Origin: a virus
Taxonomy: Duplodnaviria > Caudoviricetes
Reading direction: 5' to 3' (one strand)
DNA length: 47,073 nt
IMG/VR virus record: IMGVR_UViG_3300008255_000185
Span: 1-47,073 of that record
Below are positions 1 through 8,703 of the stretch, one piece after another (positions within the stretch are counted from its first letter, which is position 1; every line of letters begins with the position of its first letter). Both the position numbers and the translations under genes were made by a program. Under the pieces are notes generated by a model. It was given only the letters and a program-made list of their open reading frames with translations, had not been told where the DNA came from and ran no database searches.

Positions 1-11
1 CGTTTCCTACC
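1..11. repeat. Left terminal 11-bp repeat CGTTTCCTACC (candidate cos cohesive end)
   Basis: Identical to 47063-47073; lies between terS and a Z-like gene when circularised; lambda GpA-type terminase present. Confidence 0.8.
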
Positions 12-93
12 CGTAGGCGGCTGGTCCGCCTCCTACGGTCCCTGAACCGGGGGGCCTCCCGCCGGCGCGGTGGAGGCGCAACGGCGGGCCCGA

Positions 94-678
94 TCAGCTG
101 AGGGCGCCCTTCGACAGGCGCATCAGCTCGTGCTCGATGCGCTGCGGCAGCACCCGGGCGACCGTCGAGGTGAACGCGTCGGCTGTCGCGCCCTTCACCA
201 TCTCCGCTGGGATCGCGACCCCGGACTTGGCTTTGGCAATCGGAAGTCGCGCACCCTCGCTGCGGTAGAAGACGTGACGGCCAGCGATAAATCCCTGCCT
301 ACCGCCAGGCCACTGACCACCGCGCATGAAGGTGGCTGGATAGACCGTGCTTCTGCCGAACGGCTTGGCCACGACACCGATGTCGCCCTCTTTGGGATCG
401 AAGAACTTGAGGCTGACGTCACCGCCGCGGGTCGTCATCGTGTAGGTGAGATCGCCCCACTCCGAACGCTTCGGCTTGCCGATCGCCTTCACGATCACCT
501 TGCGCTTCAGTCCGGTCTGGGTGGTCAGCGCCCGGACGACCTGCGTCTTCGCCATGTCGCCGGCACGATTGATCGCCCGGTTGGCGACCTTGCGCATTTC
601 CTTGTCGCCGAGCGACCTGAGCATGTTGTCGAAGCGGCGAAGCCCCTCGACATCGCCCCAGGTGACCTTCAACGACAT
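94..678 (-). CDS. Phage minor tail/neck protein, lambda gpZ-like
   Basis: Basic protein with 'RAINRAGDMAKTQVVRAL' helix; ATG at 678 preceded by GGGGAG; first gene after the putative late promoter. Confidence 0.65.
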   Translation of the reverse strand: MSLKVTWGDVEGLRRFDNMLRSLGDKEMRKVANRAINRAGDMAKTQVVRALTTQTGLKRKVIVKAIGKPKRSEWGDLTYTMTTRGGDVSLKFFDPKEGDIGVVAKPFGRSTVYPATFMRGGQWPGGRQGFIAGRHVFYRSEGARLPIAKAKSGVAIPAEMVKGATADAFTSTVARVLPQRIEHELMRLSKGALS

Positions 679-694
679 GACGGTCTCCCCAACG

Positions 695-723
695 CAAAAC
701 GCCCCGGTGGGTGACCGAGGCGT
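695..723 (-). terminator. Intrinsic terminator just downstream of the putative late promoter (tR'-like)
   Basis: Minus strand ACGCCTCGG-N7-CCGGGGCGT followed by TTTG. Confidence 0.55.
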
Positions 724-734
724 CTGAACTTTTA

Positions 735-774
735 CAGTGTTCATGGCTTGCACCAAATTCCAGTCGCAAGTCAA
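735..774 (-). promoter_or_regulatory. Putative late promoter (pR'-like)
   Basis: TTGACT at 774-769 overlapping the stop of the upstream gene, AT-rich spacer, then a terminator; -10 not clearly canonical. Confidence 0.4.
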
Positions 775-1631
775 GCCACCTTGCGCTCCCGCCTGTGGGT
801 ATCATCGTCCTGATCCACGAAATTGACCGCGAAGGCGCCGCCGCTCGCCTGTGCCACTCGCCTGTCGTCCCACGGCCATAACCGCCGCGACGGCCCATCG
901 ACCCGGTGCTCTGCGAGCGTTCCGTCGAGGTCGGCGGCCAGCGCCGCCAGCGCCAGGACGAAGACCTGATACTCCGCCCGGTCACTGACCAGCCGCGCCG
1001 GGTCCGGCGTCAGTCGGGCCTTGCGATAGGCGTTCGGGTACGGCCGCCGCAGGACACGGTCGAAGCCATCCGCTTCCACCATCATCAGCGGGCGTCCCTC
1101 GCCGGCGGAGCGCTCCACCATGCGGAACCACGCCTCCTTGCCGTTCGCCCCGCAGACGGGCTTGCGCGTCACCGCTTCCGTCGCCCGCCATTCGGGGAAC
1201 TGGCCGAGGATCGCGAGCCGGGCGATAGTGGCCGGCATACGCCCGCCGTTGATCTGGGCGATCGCCAGTCCGCGCATGTGGCAATCGTCCCGCTCAGTCT
1301 CCGTAAGTTGCGAGCCATCCGCCAGCACCAGATCGGTTAGGACATCGTAGCCAGGCGCCGCGTCGAAGCTGACGCCCGCCAGCCGCGACACCGCCTGCCC
1401 GACCAGCACCGCATCCGGATGCGGCCCGTCCTCGGACGAGAAGTCCGGCACGCAGCCCCAATGGTTCGACATCTGGATCAGCGCAAGCGTCTCGCCGTAT
1501 TCGCTCACAGGGTCCCAGCCGCCACGGCTGGCGCCGGGCCCGGCATGGCGAACAACCAGATCCCCACCCGCCTTCGGCAACTCCTGCCGATACGCCCAGG
1601 CCAACAGCGCTTCAATTCCGATCCGTTTCAT
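771..1631 (-). CDS. Hypothetical protein, candidate late-transcription regulator (Q position)
   Basis: ATG with GAAGGAAAG RBS; last gene of the early-replication operon, immediately before promoter/terminator and cos. Confidence 0.55.
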   Translation of the reverse strand: MKRIGIEALLAWAYRQELPKAGGDLVVRHAGPGASRGGWDPVSEYGETLALIQMSNHWGCVPDFSSEDGPHPDAVLVGQAVSRLAGVSFDAAPGYDVLTDLVLADGSQLTETERDDCHMRGLAIAQINGGRMPATIARLAILGQFPEWRATEAVTRKPVCGANGKEAWFRMVERSAGEGRPLMMVEADGFDRVLRRPYPNAYRKARLTPDPARLVSDRAEYQVFVLALAALAADLDGTLAEHRVDGPSRRLWPWDDRRVAQASGGAFAVNFVDQDDDTHRRERKVA

Positions 1632-1654
1632 CGTCTGTCTTTCCTTCAAGGATG

Positions 1655-1912
1655 GTTATGCAGGGTTGATGCAGGGTCTATGGAGAGACTGTGATGGATG
1701 AATATTCAAAGTTTACAATAACTTGAGAGGATGGATGATGGGTTGGTGGGTTGTCTCTTATCTATGAGGTTTCAAGCTCTCCCCCGAAGCCCCTCTCTTA
1801 CGCGGGCGCACGCGAGAACCCTGCACGACCCACCACACCCCTTGCGGAGCAACGCCCCGCACCCCTCCCCGAACCCGCCAAGGCCACTACCAACCCTCCA
1901 GAACCCTGCAAT
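1655..1912. promoter_or_regulatory. Candidate replication origin with inverted 8-9 bp iterons
   Basis: TGCAGGGT(T)/TGATGGGTT/TGGTGGGTT on the left and ACCCTGCA/ACCCACCA/AACCCGCCA/AACCCTCCA/AACCCTGCA on the right; AT-rich patch; downstream of a P4/D5-type helicase. Confidence 0.55.
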
Positions 1913-2075
1913 ATCCTTCGAAGTCAGACCGGTGGCGTTCCCGCGAATGGTGGGTCGCGGGCAGTTCGCGAAGCCTCGAAAGGGCTCGCGGGAGAGATGA
2001 GAGGATCGGAGCCACCACGCGGCGGCGCACGGGTGCGCCGAGGAGGGTCGCGATTGCCACCAAGGGGCTTGCGGG

Positions 2076-2321
2076 TCACGTCTCCCGCGTCTCGCGCACG
2101 GCCGTCGCCAGCAGGTCGAGCCCGCTCGCAATACTGGACCCGGCATCGCTCGTCGCTTCGGCGAGCTTCATGAACGACAGGTCGATCGCCTGGACCGCCA
2201 CCGGCGGCCCCGCCTCCCGGACGGCCTCGGCGAGCGTCAATATGGCCGCGGCGATGGCGAATTGCCCGTCGTTCACGGCCTTGCGTTCGATGGCCTCTCT
2301 CTGCTGCGCTGTCAGCATCAT
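2076..2321 (-). CDS. Hypothetical protein
   Basis: GGGAG RBS, ATGA coupling to upstream mini-ORF, normal helical composition. Confidence 0.7.
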   Translation of the reverse strand: MMLTAQQREAIERKAVNDGQFAIAAAILTLAEAVREAGPPVAVQAIDLSFMKLAEATSDAGSSIASGLDLLATAVRETRET

Positions 2322-2383
2322 GCGTCTCCCTGGTTGATCCGGCGCAGCACTTCCGCCTTGAGCCGCAGCCCAACCAGAATCAC
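2318..2383 (-). CDS. 21-aa mini-ORF (MILVGLRLKAEVLRRINQGDA)
   Basis: GTGA overlap upstream and ATGA overlap downstream. Confidence 0.4.
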   Translation of the reverse strand: MILVGLRLKAEVLRRINQGDA

Positions 2384-2451
2384 CCGCCGGCGCAATCCTC
2401 GCGGCAATGGCCGGCGAGCGCCATGCTGCAGCCGAACATTGCGTCGGTCAT
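2380..2451 (-). CDS. 23-aa mini-ORF (MTDAMFGCSMALAGHCREDCAGG)
   Basis: ATGA overlap with helicase stop and GTGA overlap with next mini-ORF. Confidence 0.35.
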   Translation of the reverse strand: MTDAMFGCSMALAGHCREDCAGG

Positions 2452-4253
2452 CCGCCGTACCCCGCCGGATACGACCCGTCCTCACCGGGCGGCTGTGGCA
2501 CGTTGATCAGCGTGATGCCGACATAGCGGCGCGCCTGGGCGCCTTCGAGCCGCTGGAACTTCTTGCCCATGATCCGGCCGAAGCGCGTCTCCGAGATCGG
2601 CTTGATCGCCGAGGCGCCGGCCCAGGCCGTGTAGGCGCGGTAGAGATCGCGGGCGAGCACCTCCTCGTCGCCCTTCGGCCGCACGCACTGGCTGACGAAG
2701 CCGCTGGTCGGGTCCATGTCGTCCCGGTATTTCTGGGTCTCCTTCGCCACCTGTTCAGGGATCACCAGCCCCTCGGTGAGGAAGATCCGTGCGCCCTCGA
2801 TCAGCCAGTTGAGGATGCCAGCGCTCTCTTCCATGAATTCGCCGACGACGTCCTCGAAGTCGCGCTGCTGATCGTCGGGAATCGTCTTCGGCCACAGCAC
2901 CACGGCCATGCGCCGCCAGATGCCGTTGTCGGTGCCGGTGATCTCCGGATAGTCATTGCCGCTCATGTGAGCGGTGAAGATCGGTCGGAAGGTGAAGTAA
3001 CCGGCATAGAGGTCGCGCACGCTCATCTCTTCGCCGCCCGTCAGCTCCTTCACCAGGTCTTCGCGCAGGGGCTCGCCGCGCGGTAGTTCCTTGACCCGCA
3101 GGAGCCGACGCCCGTGCAGCAGCGCGATGTCCGGCGAGGCGCCGCCGGCCTGGCCGGATGGTCCGAAGAACGAAGAGGACGGCAGCGTGACCGCCGCCTC
3201 GCCGAGCACTCGGCACATCACCTCCATCGCCACCGACTTGCCGTTGGCGCCATTGCCATAGTGGAAGAACAGCCGCTGCACCGTAATCCCGAGCAAGCCG
3301 ATGCCGAAGCCGACCTGCACCATGCGCCGCTGCTGCGCGTCGGGCTGGAACTCCTCGATGAACCGCGTCCAGCGCGGGCAGGTCGCCTTGGGATCGTATG
3401 CTACGGGCACCAGTTCGCTGATCAGGTCGTCGCGATCGTGGCCGCGCCGCGCCACCATATTTCCACGCCGCACGGTGATCGTCGCGGGCGTGTCCGCCGG
3501 TGCATCCTCACGCTCGGCCTCGGGATTGACCTCCTCGTCCTCTACGATGCCGAAGGTCAGCGTGGCGTTCTTCACCGCGACCTTCAGCGGGTCGGCATTG
3601 AAGGCGTCCGGATCGGTCATCAGATGCGGCGCGACGCAAGTGAGCATCGCCTCGAGCCGGCTCTTGTTGCGGCAGGAAATGCCGTACTTGCGCCGCTCCG
3701 TGCGCGCCCCCTCAATCGCGCCCCGCGCCTTCTCCGCGGCAGTGATCGTCTTCTTGTCGGCGGCCGTCTGCTCGCTGGCCGGCTTCGCCGCAAGTTCCCG
3801 TGCCGCCTCGATCAGCGCCGCCTGGCGCTTCGATGGCGTCAGCAGCCCCGCCTCGGCCTCGATCCGCTTGCCGACAAGCTGGGCGATCCGCTGCGCCCGC
3901 TGGTTGCCTGTGCCGGTATCCCAATGCGTGCCGGTCCAGACGACGAAGGACGGACGCGTCGCCTTCTCCTGTGCCAGCACCCGAAGATCCCGGCCGAAAT
4001 GCGCGATCAGCCGATAGGCGTTGTCGGTGTCGGACTGGTCGAGGCCCGCGCAGAAGGCGAGCGTCGATTCGTCCACCGCCTCGGGATCGCCGGCCTGCGG
4101 GATCTGCAGGCCATTGACGACGACCTTGCCACCGGCAACGGGTTCGCGGGCTTCGGGCTCGGGCGGCGGCGCGGCCACTAGGTCGTCTTCGGAGAAGGCG
4201 CGAGTGAGTGCCGCCCGCACGGCCGCCAGATGTTCGTTCTCGGTCTTTGCCAT
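2448..4253 (-). CDS. P4/D5-family primase-associated SF3 helicase
   Basis: D5_N-like 'DTDNAYRL', Walker A 'GNGANGKS', 'VKELTGGE', 'DNGIWRR', C-terminal winged-helix; start MAKTENE at 4253. Confidence 0.9.
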   Translation of the reverse strand: MAKTENEHLAAVRAALTRAFSEDDLVAAPPPEPEAREPVAGGKVVVNGLQIPQAGDPEAVDESTLAFCAGLDQSDTDNAYRLIAHFGRDLRVLAQEKATRPSFVVWTGTHWDTGTGNQRAQRIAQLVGKRIEAEAGLLTPSKRQAALIEAARELAAKPASEQTAADKKTITAAEKARGAIEGARTERRKYGISCRNKSRLEAMLTCVAPHLMTDPDAFNADPLKVAVKNATLTFGIVEDEEVNPEAEREDAPADTPATITVRRGNMVARRGHDRDDLISELVPVAYDPKATCPRWTRFIEEFQPDAQQRRMVQVGFGIGLLGITVQRLFFHYGNGANGKSVAMEVMCRVLGEAAVTLPSSSFFGPSGQAGGASPDIALLHGRRLLRVKELPRGEPLREDLVKELTGGEEMSVRDLYAGYFTFRPIFTAHMSGNDYPEITGTDNGIWRRMAVVLWPKTIPDDQQRDFEDVVGEFMEESAGILNWLIEGARIFLTEGLVIPEQVAKETQKYRDDMDPTSGFVSQCVRPKGDEEVLARDLYRAYTAWAGASAIKPISETRFGRIMGKKFQRLEGAQARRYVGITLINVPQPPGEDGSYPAGYGG

Positions 4254-4255
4254 GG

Positions 4256-5527
4256 TCAGGCCGCTTTGCCGGTACCGGAGAGGAGGTCGGTGAAGTCCAG
4301 GCCGCGACGGCCGGGCCACAAGGTCCGCACGCGCCGGCCTTCCCTTGCCAGGCGCCGCTCGGCGCGCAGCATTGCGGCGACCGTGGCGTAGGGCTCGGAA
4401 TCGCCGTCGGCGACGAGCAGGATCTCGGTTACCTGCTCGGGCGCCTGCGCGGCATCGTCCGGCGCCTGGTCGGCCTTCGGCACCGGCCCCTGCACCCGCA
4501 GCGGCCGCGCCTTGCCGTTCCTGTCGTCTCGAGTCAGATTCGGATGGCCGAAGGCGCTCTTCGGATCGGCGGGCCCGGCCAGATTGCCGAGATCGCCGGC
4601 GGCGGCGTAGAGCGTGTCACCACGAAACCCTTCCGCTACACCGACGGCCAGAACGTTCTCGATTCCCTCACCGATCACCAGCCGGTGCCGCCCGGCCTCC
4701 GCCAGGATCCGGTCGCTCATCTGCACGAAGCCGACCAGCGGGATCAGCCCGCCTTTCTTGGTCCCGCGCATTTTTTTGGTTGGCAGGCGTTCACCCGGCG
4801 TGCCGGGGTCGGTCAGCACCGGCCGCCCCTTGCGCTGGCCCAAATCGATCCAAGTCAGATGGCAGCCGACGACGACGCCATCGGCATCGACGAATGGCGC
4901 GACCATTGCCGGCCCCTCGTGCACCGCTACCGGATTCTGCTGATCATCTTTCCCGTGCCAGTAGGGGTCGGTGGCAATCGTGCGTAGCGTCGGCAGATGA
5001 GGCAGAGCATGCCTGCCGAGGCGCAGCACCAGATAGTCGTGCACAATCCGGCCTGGGCCGGCCCGCTCCCATTTACCCTTAGCCTTCGCTCGCTCCCGGT
5101 CGCGCCAGGCATTGGCGCTCTGCTCGCTGCGCTCACGTTCGGCCGCCGCCGTCCGGCGCCGCTCCACGAGCCGCTTCTCGCGAGCCTGCCGGTCGGCATC
5201 CGTCTCGTCGACACCATCCGGTACCGGCCGCCCCAGCACGTCGGCGCAGGCGGCAAGGAACCCATCGCGGCGCACGACATCGTGCCCACCGAGATGGGCC
5301 GCAAGGCTAATCGCATCACGCCCGCCGCCTTCGGCCGAGCCGCGGCAGTTCCAGGCATTCTTCATGCTGTTCAGCGAAAATCGGTCGGTGCCGCCGCAGA
5401 CCGGGCACGGCCCGACGCTCTCGGCGGTGCCTGCCGGCTTCATCGCGGCAACCCCCAACCGCGTCGCCACCTCGGCCACCGTGACGGCCCGCGCTTCCTC
5501 GATGAAGAGATCCGTAGCGCTGCTCAT
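4256..5527 (-). CDS. P4-alpha-type Zn-binding/Toprim DNA primase
   Basis: 'GPCPVCGGTDRF...WNCRG' Zn finger, Toprim 'IGEGIEN' and 'ADGD'; ATGA-coupled start at 5527. Confidence 0.85.
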   Translation of the reverse strand: MSSATDLFIEEARAVTVAEVATRLGVAAMKPAGTAESVGPCPVCGGTDRFSLNSMKNAWNCRGSAEGGGRDAISLAAHLGGHDVVRRDGFLAACADVLGRPVPDGVDETDADRQAREKRLVERRRTAAAERERSEQSANAWRDRERAKAKGKWERAGPGRIVHDYLVLRLGRHALPHLPTLRTIATDPYWHGKDDQQNPVAVHEGPAMVAPFVDADGVVVGCHLTWIDLGQRKGRPVLTDPGTPGERLPTKKMRGTKKGGLIPLVGFVQMSDRILAEAGRHRLVIGEGIENVLAVGVAEGFRGDTLYAAAGDLGNLAGPADPKSAFGHPNLTRDDRNGKARPLRVQGPVPKADQAPDDAAQAPEQVTEILLVADGDSEPYATVAAMLRAERRLAREGRRVRTLWPGRRGLDFTDLLSGTGKAA

Positions 5528-6111
5528 TCCGCTGCCTCCCTCGCATCGACAAGCTGCGCATCGGTGAGGAAATCCGGCCCCCAGGCATTGCGGCGCACGG
5601 CATGGCCCCGCGCCTTCGCCCGCTCGATGACGTCGGCGAATTTCAGCCCATGCGCTCGCACCGCGCCGCGCAGCGTCTCCAGCGACAGCACCGAGCCGTG
5701 CCGCTCGCACAGCCGCGCCGAAAGAAAGCCGTCGATTGCATCCGCCGGCTCGACGATGGTGCCCGTGTCAGCTGAGCAGTCCTCATCCTGAGCCTGCCGA
5801 AGGGTCGTCAGCCGCGGCGCGCTCGGCAGCGGCGCGGGCGTCGGCGCGTCCCGCAGGGCCTCATACGGCGGCGCCGTCACCGGCAACTGCAACGACAGTC
5901 CCGACACGACATCGTCCGTCCGGCCCCCGCCGACGCGCTTCGCCAATATCGCGACCATCGCGCCGAAGCTGGCCCGCGAGAGCGGGGCCGCGCCCCGCCC
6001 GCGGACGAAGGCGGCATAGGTGGCGAAGCCGTCGCCCATCGCGAAGGAACCGTGCGCGGAGGCGCGCAGATGGATCTGCGCAAAGGCAAGAAAGCCGGGA
6101 TCCTCTACCAT
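5524..6111 (-). CDS. Hypothetical protein, possible tandem primase-C-terminal winged-helix domains
   Basis: Overlaps neighbours at both ends, GGAGG RBS; N-terminal half resembles the helicase C-terminus. Confidence 0.6.
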   Translation of the reverse strand: MVEDPGFLAFAQIHLRASAHGSFAMGDGFATYAAFVRGRGAAPLSRASFGAMVAILAKRVGGGRTDDVVSGLSLQLPVTAPPYEALRDAPTPAPLPSAPRLTTLRQAQDEDCSADTGTIVEPADAIDGFLSARLCERHGSVLSLETLRGAVRAHGLKFADVIERAKARGHAVRRNAWGPDFLTDAQLVDAREAAE

Positions 6112-6500
6112 CGTCGACCTCCCACGAAGGCGATGCCGAGTTGCCGGGCCATGCCGAGCATGGCGTTGCGCGTGCGCGGCGCAAAGCCTTCAGCCGCCAG
6201 AGCGATCGCAGCCTGGCGGGCGGTCGCCCCTTGCCCGGCCAACTCGGCCAGGCGGGCCTTTTCTTCCTGTGACCACGCAGACGGCGACACGGTAAAAGTC
6301 AGCGCGCGGAGACGCCCGGGGCGGGTCATCGTGATCGCGATATCAGGCCGACGCGGCCCCACACCGCGCCGAGACGCGAGGATGCGTGGATATGTCGGAT
6401 CCACGCCGTAACGTTCAGCAACACGCGCCGATGGTTCGCCCGCCATGTAAGCGGCGACCATCGCCGCCTTGTCGGATTCCTGCAGACGCGGCGCACTCAT
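6105..6500 (-). CDS. HTH DNA-binding protein with GcrA-like C-terminal HTH
   Basis: 'WSQEEKARLAELAGQGATARQAAIAL...TRNAMLG' GcrA-type motif; N-terminal HTH 'VAERYGV'. Confidence 0.65.
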   Translation of the reverse strand: MSAPRLQESDKAAMVAAYMAGEPSARVAERYGVDPTYPRILASRRGVGPRRPDIAITMTRPGRLRALTFTVSPSAWSQEEKARLAELAGQGATARQAAIALAAEGFAPRTRNAMLGMARQLGIAFVGGRRW

Positions 6501-7087
6501 AGCGCCACCTCGGTCGCTGCAATCGTGCCGAACTTCCCGACCTCATTCCCCCAGGTCGCCCAGCCCGGCCGATCCGTCCGCGAGAACAGTTCGAGCCGGC
6601 GGGCGTCGGGAATGAGTTGCTCCGCCGCCGAGAAGGCTTCGTCCGGCTTGCGGGAATGCTCGCGGCGCGGCGCCATGATCAGCGAGCGAACGCTGCGGCT
6701 GGTCCTCGGCGCGCCACGCGTTCCGATCAGGAACGGCTCGTTGGCACTGCGCAGGATGTAGCCGGTGCCGAAGGCCAGCTTGCCGGAGGGCGTCGTCTTG
6801 CCCCAGCTCCCGGCGGTCTTGAAGCTGAAGCCCCAGGCCGCGAGCACGTCGAAGGCCTGCGGCAGCATCGGGTTGGTCGCCCACAGCCACAGGACGCAGT
6901 CCGATGCGGCGAGATCGAGCACCGGCAGCGCCTTGATCGCCGCCAGATCCATGCATGAATATTGCGCCTGGGCACTCTTGGCATCGCCCTTGTCCGATCG
7001 GATCTCGAACGTCCAAGGCGGGTCGGCCATGATCAGGTCGAAGCTCTGCGCTTCGAGATCACCGAAGGGCCAGTCGAACAGCCGCAT
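6497..7087 (-). CDS. MT-A70 family N6-adenine methyltransferase
   Basis: 'IMADPPW', 'LWLWAT', 'GTGYILR', 'EHSRKP', 'LELFSR...WGNE'; TGATG-coupled start. Confidence 0.92.
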   Translation of the reverse strand: MRLFDWPFGDLEAQSFDLIMADPPWTFEIRSDKGDAKSAQAQYSCMDLAAIKALPVLDLAASDCVLWLWATNPMLPQAFDVLAAWGFSFKTAGSWGKTTPSGKLAFGTGYILRSANEPFLIGTRGAPRTSRSVRSLIMAPRREHSRKPDEAFSAAEQLIPDARRLELFSRTDRPGWATWGNEVGKFGTIAATEVAL

Positions 7088-7773
7088 CACGCCGCCCGCC
7101 TTGCGTCTTGCGCGTCGCGCTTGGCGCGCCATTCCGTCTCGCCATGCGCCATCGCCGCATGCGCCGCGCAATACGGTGCCGGGATCGGCCGACCGTCTGG
7201 CGTCCGGCCCTTGATCGCCGGCGTAGCATCGCAGAAGAACAGGGTCCCGACCTGCATCGGATTGGACCCATCCACATGCACGGGCCAACAGCAGCCGCAA
7301 TAATCCTGCAACAGCGCCGGGCGCGTGCCCGGCAGCGGCCGGAAGGCGTGGGCCTTCGCCGGCGGATCGAGCCGCTCAGGGCGCTTGGCAGGCTCCGCTG
7401 CCGGTGCAGGCGTCGCTGCTCGGGACACCGCGTGCTGCGCCCGTTGAATCGGGGCCGGCCCCCTCTCGCGCGGTGGCAGACGATCCGGATGGGATCGCGC
7501 GAGATCGTAGATCTGGTTCCGCGCCAGACCGGTGCGCTCGCCGATCTCCCTCGCTGGAAGCCCCGCCCGCCACAGCGGCGCGACCACATTCAGCCGCTCG
7601 GCGATCCCCAGACGGATTTTGCGTCGCCGCACAAAGCGGACCGGATTGCGGTCGACCAGACCAGCGACGGCATTACGGCTCACGCCCAAGGCCTTGGCGA
7701 TCGCGGCGTAGGTCCCGCCGTCGGCCCACATGGCAGCGGCTTGGGTAATCTCGTCGTCCGACCATTTTGTCAT
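7087..7773 (-). CDS. GcrA-like cell-cycle/transcription regulator
   Basis: 'WSDDEI...IAKALGVSRNAVAG' N-terminus and 'CCWP...FFC...PYCAAH' Zn-binding C-terminus. Confidence 0.85.
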   Translation of the reverse strand: MTKWSDDEITQAAAMWADGGTYAAIAKALGVSRNAVAGLVDRNPVRFVRRRKIRLGIAERLNVVAPLWRAGLPAREIGERTGLARNQIYDLARSHPDRLPPRERGPAPIQRAQHAVSRAATPAPAAEPAKRPERLDPPAKAHAFRPLPGTRPALLQDYCGCCWPVHVDGSNPMQVGTLFFCDATPAIKGRTPDGRPIPAPYCAAHAAMAHGETEWRAKRDAQDARRAA

Positions 7774-8240
7774 GCCGCGTCCACCTTTGCTTCGATCTCG
7801 GCGAGCACCGCCCGCAATTCGGCGATCTCGGTCTTGATCCGGCGGCGTTCGGCGGGCGTCAGCTGACCGTCTTCCATGCCTTCCAGCACCGCCGTTTCGA
7901 CGTCGTGCGCCTCGTGGATCAGGTGGATCGCATCAGCCATGGTCGGCATCGCGCCGGGGGTTGCAGCCCCGCCGGAGCGCGGCACCAGGTCAAAGCCCTG
8001 CAGGGAAGCCAGCGCCCGCGCGTGGAACGGCTGGTCGGCGATCAGGTCGAGATCCAGCGCCACGTCGATGCCGGCAAAGCGGCTGTCCTCGTGGGTGGCG
8101 GCATAGAGCGACAGCATAGGCTGGCCGACGCGGGTCAAGGCCGCCTCGCCGATCGCCTGCGAGCCGCCACCGGCCTTCACCGCCGCGAACGTCGCCGTCT
8201 TCAGCGCTGTGCGCTGGTGGTCGGATGAGGCGCGGGTCAT
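7770..8240 (-). CDS. CII-like phage regulatory protein
   Basis: Downstream of cro; 'DGQLTPAERRRI' C-terminal motif typical of CII/CP76-like proteins. Confidence 0.7.
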   Translation of the reverse strand: MTRASSDHQRTALKTATFAAVKAGGGSQAIGEAALTRVGQPMLSLYAATHEDSRFAGIDVALDLDLIADQPFHARALASLQGFDLVPRSGGAATPGAMPTMADAIHLIHEAHDVETAVLEGMEDGQLTPAERRRIKTEIAELRAVLAEIEAKVDAA

Positions 8241-8407
8241 CGAACGGCCCGCAATGCTGGGTCGACGCTTATTGCGTGACCGCTGCGGCCGTCTGCCGCA
8301 GTTTCACCATCATGACCCGAAGCAAACCAGCGCCGCAGCGCTTCTGCGCCTTGCCCCCCATCCTCCCAGCGCCGAAGATCGGAATGGATCGATAATGGGG
8401 ACGTCAG

Positions 8408-8698
8408 ATGACCAGCGAAGAGCGGAACGAAATCCAGACGGTGCTGCGCGAGCTGCGGGCTCGCAACACGGTGATGGAGACCGTGCAGACGCAGCTGATG
8501 ATCCGGGTCGCCAGTATGTTCGACCAACCGGGCGAGTTTGTTCGAATCGTGATGATGAACGCCGAGGAGAACCTTCTGCGCGCATGTCGCCACGCGACGG
8601 GCGAGGACAAGGCCATCGCGGACGACGCGGCTCAGGTCATGAACGATTACTCGATGCGACTGATTGCGGGGCTGACGCCGCCGGAAAACCCGCAGTAA
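8408..8698 (+). CDS. Hypothetical helical protein, antisense moron inside the cro-cII operon
   Basis: GGGGA RBS, natural globular composition. Confidence 0.65.
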   Translation: MTSEERNEIQTVLRELRARNTVMETVQTQLMIRVASMFDQPGEFVRIVMMNAEENLLRACRHATGEDKAIADDAAQVMNDYSMRLIAGLTPPENPQ

Positions 8699-8703
8699 CG
8701 CCC

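Noticed and set aside
105-123. CCCTTCGACAGGCGCA resembling the REP-like repeat
   Set aside because: Short partial match inside a coding 3' end with no partner half; likely chance.
8393-8401. Operator-like half-site TAATGGGGA
   Set aside because: No matching left half, and it doubles as the RBS of 8408..8698.
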